A stretch of 63,701 bases of DNA, filler included, from Octopus bimaculoides (Eukaryota): NCBI RefSeq assembly GCF_001194135.2. It is 6 parts of 6 records of this genome, joined end to end, with 100 filler letters (N's around TTAATTAATTAA, not from the genome) between each part and the next. Parts side by side here need not be neighbours in the genome. Positions count along the whole stretch, not along the records: positions 39,617 to 56,391 come from NC_068996.1; positions 56,492 to 60,130 come from NC_068993.1; positions 60,231 to 63,701 come from NC_068984.1; 3 more parts are not named here. One strand, 5' to 3'. A program made the translations under genes and the position numbers. Below the pieces are notes generated by a model. The model saw only the letters and a list, made by a program, of their open reading frames with translations. It was not told the origin of the DNA and did no database searches. Of this stretch, positions 50,607-63,522 are shown in pieces. Position 1 is the first letter of the stretch. Every line of letters starts with the position of its first letter.

Positions 50607-50648
50607 AGAAGTCTTTAACATTTTGAGCCTACGCTCTTCCACAGAAAG
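50607..50648 (-). ncRNA. Decayed minimal hammerhead motif
   Basis: Minus strand cttt-CTGTGGA-a-gagc(gtag)gctc-AAAA-TGTT-aaag. Stems I and II pair, but the core is mutated. Confidence 0.4.
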
Positions 50649-50715
50649 GAACAGAGAAAGAAACAAGGAGAGAAAAAAAGAATGTGTAGTGGCTAGCGAT
50701 CTGTATATATAGTTA

Positions 50716-51484
50716 CAGGGGTTGGACAAAATAATGGAAACACCTAGCATCATAGCATCATAATTTTGAAATATCTATAAAACGATCAAAAGCTTGTTTA
50801 TTTTTGTTTTTTGATTTATTATTAGTGTTGCTTAATATGTTTTGCTAAAATTGCTTTTTCTTTTCAGATATCATCAGAAAAAGGTAATTAAAATTTCATG
50901 AAAATGACAGATCTATCGGACTTTCAAAGAGGTCAAATTGTTGGTGCTCGTATGGCAGGCACTAGCATAACAAAAACAGCCGAAATGTTTGGTGTACCAA
51001 GAAGTACTCTCTTGAAAGTAATGGCAGCCTTTGAGAAAGAGGGAAAAACCTCCTCGCCGAAACAAAACTCTGGAAGAAAACCAAAACTTTCAGATAGTGA
51101 CCATTGGACTCTTACGTGAATTGTTAGAAAGGTTCACAAAAGTACAGCTCCCAAAATTACTGCAGAGCTTAATGACCACCATGAGAACTCAGTTTCCACA
51201 AAAAACTATTCGCCGGGAGCTGCACAAAGCCAGATTTCACAGGAGAGCTGCAATCAGAGAACCACTACTTTCAAAAAAAAATGTTGCTAACTGTTTTGAG
51301 TGGAGTAAAAACCTATAGAATTGGTCCCTAGAGCAGTGGAAGAATGTTATTTTCTTGGACGAGTCATCCTTTACCTTATTTCAGACCGCCAGCCGATTAT
51401 ATGTGTGGAGACAGCCAAAAGAAGCATTTGACCCAGACTACCTTCTTCCAACTGTTAAACATGGAGGAGGATCTGTGATGATCG
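50716..51484 (+). mobile_element. Tc1-family transposon, left end and 5' part of transposase
   Basis: TA|CAGGGGTTGGACAAAATAATGGAAACACC terminus. MTDLSDFQRGQIVGARMAG... (HTH) through WKNVIFLDESSFTLF...PTVKHGGGSVMI (DDE start), with stops and frameshifts; it runs into an N-gap. Confidence 0.92.
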
Positions 51485-52634
51485 GNNNNNNNNNNNNNNN
51501 NNNNNNNNNNNNNNNNNNNNNNNNNNNNNNNNNNNNNNNNNNNNNNNNNNNNNNNNNNNNNNNNNNNNNNNNNNNNNNNNNNNNNNNNNNNNNNNNNNNN
51601 NNNNNNNNNNNNNNNNNNNNNNNNNNNNNNNNNNNNNNNNNNNNNNNNNNNNNNNNNNNNNNNNNNNNNNNNNNNNNNNNNNNNNNNNNNNNNNNNNNNN
51701 NNNNNNNNNNNNNNNNNNNNNNNNNNNNNNNNNNNNNNNNNNNNNNNNNNNNNNNNNNNNNNNNNNNNNNNNNNNNNNNNNNNNNNNNNNNNNNNNNNNN
51801 NNNNNNNNNNNNNNNNNNNNNNNNNNNNNNNNNNNNNNNNNNNNNNNNNNNNNNNNNNNNNNNNNNNNNNNNNNNNNNNNNNNNNNNNNNNNNNNNNNNN
51901 NNNNNNNNNNNNNNNNNNNNNNNNNNNNNNNNNNNNNNNNNNNNNNNNNNNNNNNNNNNNNNNNNNNNNNNNNNNNNNNNNNNNNNNNNNNNNNNNNNNN
52001 NNNNNNNNNNNNNNNNNNNNNNNNNNNNNNNNNNNNNNNNNNNNNNNNNNNNNNNNNNNNNNNNNNNNNNNNNNNNNNNNNNNNNNNNNNNNNNNNNNNN
52101 NNNNNNNNNNTATATATATATATATATATATATATGAGAAGATCTGTTGAGTCAAGTAAAACCAAAATCGTAGCTGTGGCCAGTGTCCCCTGACTGGCTC
52201 CTGCGCTGGTGTTACATAAAAATCACCATCTGAACATAGTCGAAGCCAGAACTGCCTAACTGGCTCCAATGCTGGTGGCACGTAAAAAGCACCATCCGAA
52301 CATCATCTCATTTCTTTGATAATGCTTTATCAAATAGCAGTTAGCCTCTAACTTTTGACCCCTATGATAAGGACCGTCCCATTAAGCTCACCCCACAATG
52401 TCTTTCCCTTGCTAGTTCCCCCAGTAAAATTGAAATACGACGTACCCCTCATAACCTGTGGAAATTACTCCTGAAAGTGACTTTCTTTACCATAAGATAT
52501 GATCCCATGGCTTATGGATATCACCTTGGAATTGATGTTTTTACCATTCCTTACTATTTCTATTATGTTATTATTTTATTTTATTTTATTATTTTGCCCT
52601 ACTTCTTCACATATTAGATTCCTAACATTTTAGT

Positions 52635-52778
52635 TTCTCTGATGAAGCTTAGGGTCTCAGTCATTGTCCAACCCCTGTCCAATGTTTGTTCAACCTTTGT
52701 AAAATTCCTGTATATTACTGGCGTGATGTGAAAAACTTGGCAGGTTGGACAACCCTATAGTAGAAACAGCTGTAAGAG
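52635..52778 (+). ncRNA. Type-I hammerhead motif (family 2) with greatly extended stem II
   Basis: ttct-CTGATGA (52639-52645), about 115 nt able to fold back (agggt/accct, tgtccaacc/ggttggaca, ctgtccaa/ttggcag), then GAAA-CAGCTG-TA-agag (52763-52778). Confidence 0.65.
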
Positions 52779-55700
52779 CTCAGTATTGGTTCACTCCTTT
52801 ACTCTTATTCATTTGTTTATTCTTATTTATTTATCTACTTACTTGTTTATTTGCTTATTTTATTTGTTTATTTTGATTACTTATACAAATGATTGTAATC
52901 AATTAATAAATAGATATAAATGAATGTCTACAGGATGATGTTTGTCGATTGATTAACCTCTCCATTTTCTTATTTGCCTTATATATATATATATATATNN
53001 NNNNNNNNNNNNNNNNNNNNNNNNNNNNNNNNNNNNNNNNNNNNNNNNNNNNNNNNNNNNNNNNNNNNNNNNNNNNNNNNNNNNNNNNNNNNNNNNNNNN
53101 NNNNNNNNNNNNNNNNNNNNNNNNNNNNNNNNNNNNNNNNNNNNNNNNNNNNNNNNNNNNNNNNNNNNNNNNNNNNNNNNNNNNNNNNNNNNNNNNNNNN
53201 NNNNNNNNNNNNNNNNNNNNNNNNNNNNNNNNNNNNNNNNNNNNNNNNNNNNNNNNNNNNNNNNNNNNNNNNNNNNNNNNNNNNNNNNNNNNNNNNNNNN
53301 NNNNNNNNNNNNNNNNNNNNNNNNNNNNNNNNNNNNNNNNNNNNNNNNNNNNNNNNNNNNNNNNNNNNNNNNNNNNNNNNNNNNNNNNNNNNNNNNNNNN
53401 NNNNNNNNNNNNNNNNNNNNNNNNNNNNNNNNNNNNNNNNNNNNNNNNNNNNNNNNNNNNNNNNNNNNNNNNNNNNNNNNNNNNNNNNNNNNNNNNNNNN
53501 NNNNNNNNNNNNNNNNNNNNNNNNNNNNNNNNNNNNNNNNNNNNNNNNNNNNNNNNNNNNNNNNNNNNNNNNNNNNNNNNNNNNNNNNNNNNNNNNNNNN
53601 NNNNNNNNNNNNNNNNNNNNNNNNNNNNNNNNNNNNNNNNNNNNNNNNNNNNNNNNNNNNNNNNNNNNNNNNNNNNNNNNNNNNNNNNNNNNNNNNNNNN
53701 NNNNNNNNNNNNNNNNNNNNNNNNNNNNNNNNNNNNNNNNNNNNNNNNNNNNNNNNNNNNNNNNNNNNNNNNNNNNNNNNNNNNNNNNNNNNNNNNNNNN
53801 NNNNNNNNNNNNNNNNNNNNNNNNNNNNNNNNNNNNNNNNNNNNNNNNNNNNNNNNNNNNNNNNNNNNNNNNNNNNNNNNNNNNNNNNNNNNNNNNNNNN
53901 NNNNNNNNNNNNNNNNNNNNNNNNNNNNNNNNNNNNNNNNNNNNNNNNNNNNNNNNNNNNNNNNNNNNNNNNNNNNNNNNNNATATATATATATATATAT
54001 ATACTTCGATAATAGGATGAATTCTTTTATAAGAATTTATCAAGTAGCGAGCGTGAAAAAAACCTCATAAGAGAAAAATCCATCATTTATTCCCCAAAAT
54101 ATATTTATTTATATAAGGGCATTACTATACATGAATGCCTCACGCTAAGAGGGACTCTAAGGTCAAACTACCATAGTAAACACATTTTATAGAGAGAGAG
54201 GCTGTGTAGTAAAATGTTTGCTTCCCAACCATATGGTCCTGGGTTCATTCACGTCGCTTCTACTATAGCCTCAGACCAACCAAAGACTTGTGAATCAATT
54301 TATATCTATATCTATGCCTGTCTTTGCATCTGTGTTTGTCCCTCACCATTACTTTAGCAGTCGAGAAAAAAGACACTGACAGAATAAGTAGCAGACTTTA
54401 AAAACAGTCTGATAAGAGAAACGAGTAAAAGAATAACAAATGGCCTACAAACAAACACATATATCTACACACACATGAACATATAAATATATGTAATGCA
54501 ATATACGTGTGTGTGTGTGTGGTTGTGTGTGTGTGCGCGTGTGTGTGTGTGTGTGCATGTGTATGCACATGAGCATGCATGCGTGCATGTGCATATTCAA
54601 GTTCAGAGAGGTTACAAAAACAACGAAAGACCGGATAATTGGATGTCACATAAGGTCAGAATAATCTACTTGTCACTTAAAACTATTTATGTCTGACAGA
54701 AAAACTGAAGGTTGATGTCACCATAAACCACATGTCATCTTGCACGGCTTCTAATATCTTGGAATTAAAATTACTGTGAATGAAAACATAGGAATGCATC
54801 TCTTTCATAATGCTGAAGGAATCAAGTGAGTTTTCAAACACAAGAAACTATAAGCCATAGAGTTATACATATATATGTATGTATATATACATATCATNNN
54901 NNNNNNNNNNNNNNNNNNNNNNNNNNNNNNNNNNNNNNNNNNNNNNNNNNNNNNNNNNNNNNNNNNNNNNNNNNNNNNNNNNNNNNNNNNNNNNNNNNNN
55001 NNNNNNNNNNNNNNNNNNNNNNNNNNNNNNNNNNNNNNNNNNNNNNNNNNNNNNNNNNNNNNNNNNNNNNNNNNNNNNNNNNNNNNNNNNNNNNNNNNNN
55101 NNNNNNNNNNNNNNNNNNNNNNNNNNNNNNNNNNNNNNNNNNNNNNNNNNNNNNNNNNNNNNNNNNNNNNNNNNNNNNNNNNNNNNNNNNNNNNNNNNNN
55201 NNNNNNNNNNNNNNNNNNNNNNNNNNNNNNNNNNNNNNNNNNNNNNNNNNNNNNNNNNNNNNNNNNNNNNNNNNNNNNNNNNNNNNNNNNNNNNNNNNNN
55301 NNNNNNNNNNNNNNNNNNNNNNNNNNNNNNNNNNNNNNNNNNNNNNNNNNNNNNNNNNNNNNNNNNNNNNNNNNNNNNNNNNNNNNNNNNNNNNNNNNNN
55401 NNNNNNNNNNNNNNNNNNNNNNNNNNNNNNNNNNNNNNNNNNNNNNNNNNNNNNNNNNNNNNNNNNNNNNNNNNNNNNNNNNNNNNNNNNNNNNNNNNNN
55501 NNNNNNNNNNNNNNNNNNNNNNNNNNNNNNNNNNNNNNNNNNNNNNNNNNNNNNNNNNNNNNNATATACACACATATATATACATATATATATACACACA
55601 TATATATATATACTTATATATATACATATATATATATAAATACATATATATGTACGTATATATATACTTCGTTTTTGGATTTGGTTTGCCAGATTCTTTA

Positions 55701-56090
55701 TGTGAGTTCATATGTTGAAGCATATTCTGTTGTATCTGGGGAGAGTCATTTTCTTTTTGAGCCTTATAATTTAATACACTCACTGGTAAAATTTCCACTT
55801 ATGCCTTATTTTTATTTTCCTAAAATTTTCGTTGCGTCCTGCAACCTTTTCAATAATCTTGACTCTGACCGTTATTTACACTGCATTCCTTTTTGTTTGT
55901 TTGTGCACATGTGTGTGGGTCAGTGTGTGTGTGTGTGTGCCTATACATGCATGCATGTAGGTATGTATGCATGTGTGTGTATGCATGTATGTGTGTGTGC
56001 ATATGTATCTATCTATGTGTATACATTTGTATGTATGTATTCTGCATATTCTTGTGTTTGCATGTCCATGTTTGTGTTTTTATGCATGTG

Positions 56091-56128
<38 letters not shown>

Positions 56129-56391
56129 CGTGTGTGTGTCTCACAACTATGTACCATGTTTGTATGGATGGATGTGCATCTCCATATGTGTGGACATGTG
56201 TCTCCATATGTGTCCTCAAGTGAAGTATAGTGTGTGTATATATATATGATCATGTGATTCAGTCTTCATTTGCGTATGTGTGCTTGTTTGTTCATATAAC
56301 CTATGTAACTATCTGTCTGTATGTCGATTTGTTTACTTTCATATCCATATGCTTACATACATGTGCATATACATATATATATATATATATA

Positions 56392-56491
56392 NNNNNNNNN
56401 NNNNNNNNNNNNNNNNNNNNNNNNNNNNNNNNNNNTTAATTAATTAANNNNNNNNNNNNNNNNNNNNNNNNNNNNNNNNNNNNNNNNNNNN
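56392..56491. other. Artificial join spacer
   Basis: 44 N + TTAATTAATTAA (56436-56447) + 44 N. Confidence 0.95.
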
Positions 56492-56714
56492 TTTACTTAG
56501 GCTGTAAGGGGAGGGCAAAAAGCCGCATAAAAACGATTTTTTCAAACTGATTGCAGCTTTTTATTCGCTCAATAACTTTTGCATTTAACATCCGATTCGC
56601 TTCAAATTTGATTTTCAGATAGATTAAGTGCTAATGAGTGTATGAGACGAAAAGTTTTTTTCCACAACCATTTCGTCGCCATGTATATATGTGTGTGTGT
56701 GTGTGCGCGCGCGC

Positions 56715-56925
56715 GCGCGTGTGTGTGTGTGTACTCCCACCATCGCTTGACAACCGATGCTGCTGTATTTACGTCCCCGTAACTTAGCCATTTGGAAAAA
56801 CATGCCGATAGAATAAGTACTAGGCTTACAAAGAATAAATCCTGGGGTCGATGTTTTCGACTAAAATCGGTGCTCCAGTATGGCCGCAGTCACATGACCC
56901 AAACAATTAAAAGAATAAAAAACTA
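56715..56925 (+). mobile_element. SINE family A, 3' half
   Basis: catcgcttgacaaccgatgc...cggtgctccagtatggccgcagtc...aaaagaataaaa. Confidence 0.8.
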
Positions 56926-57958
56926 TGCCATTTTTACTCCGAGCAGCACCGGGTATTTCTGCTAGTACATACATGTATAATGGAGTCTGTGTGTGTATGT
57001 GGGTGTATGTTCCTACTAAACCCAGATATATATTATTTTAAACAAATGCAGTAAATGTCAATAGAAGCATCAATAGAAACCGTGTATATTGACGATACAA
57101 ACTTCATATTTATTGAAGTAAGACTTCTAAAAAAAATGTCTAGAGAGACAATATTGGCGACAGCCATGGCCTAATTGTACCGACAATCAACGATGAAACG
57201 AGGAATATCAATGAAAATCTGCGTTGCATATAATAACGTAAGTTTCTTTCATCCATCGAAACTGGATATATGTCTTGAAATCTTTCTTAGCTGACCACGA
57301 CCGTGTGATGTTGAGCTAAACTGAGTTGATATAAGTTTTTTTTCTTCTACTATCTTTCTCATTAATCTAAATTCTTAGATAACTAGCATTGCAACTGTCT
57401 TTAATTCATTTACATATAGACATCGGCCTAGAGAGGCTGCTGTTTATATGGAAGTGAGTTATCGTCACAACTCTACCTCGCTCTACAAACACACTGGGTC
57501 TTCTGATCTACTTCTCTGGAGAACTAATTACTGTGACATTACGCAACGATCTCGAGTAACAATGATAAATGCCCAGAAGGTTTTCTTGAGACATATAATT
57601 GCCAGAAATGCGCCACAAGTAGATCTGAATAATCAAACTTCGTTTCAAATAATCCATATTAATTAAAATATGGAAAACTCTGCTAGCTGTCAATGCGTAT
57701 AGCTTTGTCACATGGAGAAAGTTAGAGCTCCTACGGATGGTTTAGAGCATGAGAAAGTGTGGAAGATATATGTAGAATTTGTTACAGAGGTATTGAGAGA
57801 GAGAGAGTGAGAAAGAAGAAGGAGAGAGAGAAAGAAAGAGAGCGAGAGAAAGAAAGAGAGAGAGAGAGTGGTGATGAAATATGTGTGCATGGGTGAGTTT
57901 GTGTAAATGTTACGAGTGAACTTTCTTAGTATAATATTAGTGCATTGTTGTGTTAGTG

Positions 57959-58016
57959 TGTCTGAGCGTGTTTGTGTGTCTGAGCGTGTTTGTGTGTCTG
58001 AGCGTGTTTGTGTGTC
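57959..58016. repeat. 18-bp tandem repeat (TGTCTGAGCGTGTTTGTG) x3
   Basis: Directly visible; it gives the DTQTRS repeat in ORF 57708-58217. Confidence 0.85.
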
Positions 58017-59442
58017 TGTGTCTTGTGCCATGTGTGTGAGTGTGTGTGCATATGTGAATGAAGTGGTAGGGTGATGTGGGAAGAGGGTGAAGCTAGTGAA
58101 CGGGTGGGTGTGTAGGATGTGTAGGTGGGTATAGTGAGTGACATTTAAAGGAACTTCAAAAACAGGGCAGGTGAAGTTACTTAAAAGAATAGTTATATGG
58201 TGTGATATTTTGAGCATAGTTTATCACTTCTGGGATCTACCCAGGTATATACAGTTGAAGTAGTCCTTACCTTTAAAGGAATGGTTACTGAGTATGATAT
58301 TAGATACAATAGAGATATATTATATGGAAGTGTGGATTATGTCACAGATGTACTCTGCATAACACATGAGTACATATGTTATACTATAAATCGGAGTTGA
58401 GGGGGAGTATAATGACATAACCAAGTCTTTTCTCATGGTTTTCTAACATCGTATATAACTCACAATTATTCGTTGATGTAGAAAGTAATGGAGCCACGCG
58501 ACATGTTCACTTCAATAGTTCAGACTTGGTTTGAATTCACAATAAGAGTAAAACTCTGCCACCATCATGGGATAAAAGAATTTGGATTTTGCCAAAGCGT
58601 CCATTACAAGCTCAAGCAACGTTTCTATCAATAATTATAAAAGTGCTAGGGAGCCTGTGTTGCAGTTATCAATTTACCTTATGTCAGCCTAGTCTAACAG
58701 GCTATGATCAAAGGTGTCTCAGTAACTACTAAACTAGCCCATCTTATTTTTCAGAGAGGGCATTTATTTGCTTTTAATACACAATATGTCTTTCTTTTTG
58801 AGGACAGCAGGTTGTGATTTGAGGCATATCTCGCGGCTAGTTTGCTATGTCTTCAGTTTTTCTTTAACCAGGAGTGCATGTGTAGTAAGAAGTTTGCTTC
58901 CCAGCCACATGGTTTCAGATTCAGCTCCACTGCGTGACACCTCGGGCAAGTGTTTTCGACATTAGCCTCATCCCGACTGAAGTCTTCTAAGCAGATTTTC
59001 TTTCGAAAACTGAAAGATGCCATATATATATATATATATATATNNNNNNNNNNNNNNNNNNNNNNNNNNNNNNNNNNNNNNNNNNNNNNNNNNNNNNNNN
59101 NNNNNNNNNNNNNNNNNNNNNNNNNNNNNNNNNNNNNNNNNNNNNNNNNNNNNNNNNNNNNNNNNNNNNNNNNNNNNNNNNNNNNNNNNNNNNNNNNNNN
59201 NNNNNNNNNNNNNNNNNNNNNNTAATAGTGGACAACAATGACGACACCGGTTTGACTTTGAATCTCTTTAACAATTCAAAATAATGAATTTAATTCCTTT
59301 TAATTCTACATCAGTTCATCTACTTATAAAAAAAGCCTTCATTTTCTTGATATTCAATGTGCATTTTCGCTATTTTTCTTCTTACTTTTCCCACATCTTT
59401 TCCACGTGTAGTTTCTATTTTCTTTTTGAAACATATTTCTAT

Positions 59443-59499
<57 letters not shown>

Positions 59500-60130
59500 A
59501 TATATATGTATGCATGCATGTATGTATGTTTGTATGTATGTATGTATGTATGTATGTGTGTGTGTGCTTGTGTATAGATATATAAAATTTTAAAAACGTG
59601 TAGTAAATAGATATACGAGCATATACTAAATACACAGACGAACGGAAAACACAGAGGGTCACCGACTTCTCTTCAGTTATCGGCCAGAGGGTCGAGCGCA
59701 ATTTCGGTCATTATCGATAATATTGCTTCCACTTTGGAGGCACCGGCAAGAAACTTGCCGAGAATGGGACCAAAACATAACAAAACGAGATGGGCTCGAG
59801 ACGAGACCGCTAGACGAGGGAAAAGACAATAAACAGAATAAAGGCTTAGGGCTACATATATATCCTTGCTATTATGTTAAACTGTCGTATGTCCAAATTT
59901 GGCCAAATGCATTTTTTTCAATATTTTATTTTTGCTTGCAGTAGTTGGTTCTTTTGGTCAAACCATTGCATCTCTAGCTGCTTCAGATGTCAAGATATCA
60001 CAATATATCAAAGTGTAGTACAACGGTTTTGCTATGGAATGGCGAAACCATCTTTTCATTTTCTGAAAAAGCAACGTTTTAGACTTACGACACTTTTGCA
60101 TAATAGCAACGATATATATATATATATATA

Positions 60131-60230
60131 NNNNNNNNNNNNNNNNNNNNNNNNNNNNNNNNNNNNNNNNNNNNTTAATTAATTAANNNNNNNNNNNNNN
60201 NNNNNNNNNNNNNNNNNNNNNNNNNNNNNN
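60131..60230. other. Artificial join spacer
   Basis: 44 N + TTAATTAATTAA (60175-60186) + 44 N. Confidence 0.95.
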
Positions 60231-61139
60231 TTTAGTGAAATCTTAGTAAAATATTCTGCGTAAACAGAGAGAAAAATTGAAAGAGAGAGAAAGTGCGGGG
60301 CGGGGGGAATAAAATTACTTTCAAAAATTCTTGCGTATGACATTGGAATTAGAATGGTTAGAAATGAAATAAAAGTTTTAGCTGCAAGCTACTTCGTCAC
60401 AAGTATTGAGAGAAATATGGTCTCTTTAAAAAGAAAGAACGAGGTTACTTTCCCGTAGATTGAATGTTACTGGGAAGAGCTTTGCTGAAGCCTAAACTTT
60501 AGATTCGCCCGTGCACCATTCTTGAAACACATTTTATTCGTTCACTGCAATACATTTTTTTTGTATTTTTAATTATATTTTGGAGATTCGCGAAGTAAAC
60601 CCGTTTTGTATGTGATTGAAAGGTGGGATTCTTTGTAACGGGAATCTAGTGAAGAAGTGATACACAAAACTTTATAAGCAACACACCCATTTACACAAGT
60701 GAGTGGAAGAGCTCGGTCGGCAAGAACATATTTTTGCTTTTTATATTATCATATGCTTTGATTAAGCCATTGCTTGGATTTGGTAATTTTCTGCGTAATT
60801 ATTTTGAGTTCCAGTGTAATAGTAGTAATGAATACTAAATCCAAAACATTGACAGTTCAAATCCATACAATTCCGACCTTGGCAATTATACAGAGGCCTA
60901 TTTTCAAATCCTTGTTGAACTCAACTTTGTCGTTTATATCTCCCATATTATGTCACAAAAGTGGAAAATAGTTAACACAGTTCGACACATCTTTTAAAAG
61001 ACGCAATGACCACAATACATTTGATCTTTGGACAATTCGACCAGGACTGTCCTGGAGATAAACGTCAACAACAAACAATACTGAAATGGATTCATAAGTG
61101 GTTCCAAATTTTGACACAAGTGTAAGCAATTTTAAAAGA

Positions 61140-61320
61140 AGGCGTAAGCCGATTACATCGGCCCCAATATTCGACTGGTACTTACTTTTTATGACCCTCC
61201 ACAAAAAAATCAAAGGCATAGTCGACCTGGACAGAATTAGAACCTAGAACGTAAACAGCCGAAGAAATTCCGATAAACCTTTTGTCCGACTCGCTAACGT
61301 GTTTACCAGCTTGCCGCCTT
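61140..61320 (-). mobile_element. SINE family B
   Basis: Reverse complement of the family-B body (gactggtacttac...aaaggcatagtcgacc...agcttgccgcctt). Confidence 0.7.
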
Positions 61321-62959
61321 GTATGGTTTCATATGAATGGGAAACAAAAGCTTATTTAATGACCCCAACAATAAACAAAGTATAAAGTAATAATGAAGTC
61401 TGAATATATAAAATATCACTGATATTCATATTAAATACGAGTTTGTCATTTTTTCCTATGCGTCCAGAGTTTAGAGCTACCCTGTATATTCAGGTTTATA
61501 GTAAAAGGAAAAGTAACGTTAGTCAATGACGGGCAGATTGATAACTTCGAGCTAACTTTAATGTAGGCAAAATTGAAAAGTCAGCTAGAAATATGTGGTG
61601 ACGTAGCTAAATATAAATAACTAATTATGCTAAATGTCAACAATGTAGGGAGGACGGAAAAGTTAACTGAAACTAAATATGGTATGGTTGTGTGGTTTAG
61701 GAGATCTCTTTGCAACCACGTCGTTTCAGGTTCAGTTCCACTATCAACCAATTTCTTGTGAGTGAATTGGGGTTCATGGAAACTGCGTGGAAACCCTTCG
61801 CGTATGTGTGTCTTTGTGTTTTCTCCTTCCCCGTTTGACGTGTTGATAACTTAGCAGTTCGGCAAAAGACTGAGAGAATAAGTACCAGACTTTAGAAGAT
61901 TGATTATTGGGGTCGATTCATCCAGCGACTGAAACAAATAAAAAGATATGAAGTAGCTAGATTTGCAAATACCTAGAGAAGCTAGTATTGAAAAATTTAA
62001 CGTGGAAAGCATGTATGAGGCAGCTCGATATCAGATAGCTAGTTAATATTTACCTATTTTATTTAGAGTGCATTAACAAATGCGTTAAACTAATAGAGAA
62101 CATTAAAGCGCTAACTTAAAACAATGCAGTGAAGCAGCTAGATATATATATATATCTAGTTACGTTAGTTTTAAGATATTTAATGCGGTGAGCATTAAAA
62201 CTTTAAGAGAAATAATTATGTGAGAAGACAGCTAGATATACACATAAATAGATAATGATAAAAAGAAGTGATTATGTAGAGAAGAAAAATGAGTTAATCA
62301 ATGACTAATAATATTAAAAATTTTTTTTTCCACTTGAGGAAACAATTCTTGGACATGGTCTGATCTCATCAGCGAAGCAGATATCTGTCATTTCCAGAGT
62401 TGTGACAATTAGAGAAAAATATTCACAAAGGAAATTAATTCTTTATTTTATTTGTTTTAGTAATGGAAGTTTTCGTCGAATTGGAGCAACGCCTTAGAAT
62501 GTTTACTTGAACAGATGGACCTCACTACTGTGTTTTTATAAAGTTTAGTACTTATTATATCGGTCTCTTTTATATTTTTTACCAAACCGTTACATTACTG
62601 GAAAATAAAGAAACGCTGGTTATCAAGCGGTGAGAAACAAGCACACACACACACACCACAAATGCATATATGCAACTGGTTTCTGACAACTACTCAAAGT
62701 GGTTGTCATTCACAATGCATCAATCGACCCTGGATTAATATAGCAGATACTTACTTGCCCAAAGTACCAAGCAACAGATCTGAACCCAAAACCAAGTAGT
62801 TGCAAAGTGAATTTCTTAACCACACGGCTTTACCTACGGCTAAAAGTTTGCACTTGTCCCCAGCAGATTAAAATTCAGGGAGCGCGTGATGTATAACATT
62901 CATATAACAAATAATATTTGGTTTTTAAAGATTAAAAAAAAAAAACAGATGCTTATTGT

Positions 62960-63262
62960 GCATAACTCACTGGCACTGTTGGCTACGGTGACGAATGTTC
63001 CAGTTGATCCGATCACTGGAACAGACTGCACGTGAAATTAACGTGCAAATGGTTGAGTACTCCACAGACACGTGTCAGCGTGACACAGTGTGACAAGACT
63101 GGCCCTTTGAAATACAGGTACCATTCACTTTCGCCAGCTGAGTGGACTGGAGCAACGTGAAATAAAGCGTCTTGCTCAAGGACACAACGCATTGCCGGAA
63201 ATTGAACTGACAACCAAACGATCGTGAGCTGGATACCCCAACCACTAAGCCACGCGCCTTAT
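62960..63262 (-). mobile_element. tRNA-derived SINE, family C
   Basis: Minus-strand head ggcgcgtggcttagtggttggggtatcc...cagttcaatttccgg (A/B boxes), followed by the body gtgtccttgagcaagacgctttatttcacgttgctccagtccac. Confidence 0.75.
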
Positions 63263-63522
63263 TGTACACAATAAACTATTATATACATAGACGAGGAAGC
63301 AAATATTAATCGGTGATTAAGGAGACGAGCTGGCACAAGCGATGGAACGCCGGGCGAAATGCTTCGCGGTATAACGGCTCTGTGAATTATTGTGAATACT
63401 GTTGTGTTACTTTGTGAAAACTGTCTCGGTGAATAATGGTGATTTTTGTGGAATTATTACGGTTGCATTTCAAGTGAGCTGCTGCATTTTTACCAGCTGT
63501 GGCAAGTGGTAGTGTCTCCAGT

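Noticed and set aside
59640-59720. Minus-strand GAAA...CTGAAGA as a type-II hammerhead
   Set aside because: The required stems do not pair convincingly.
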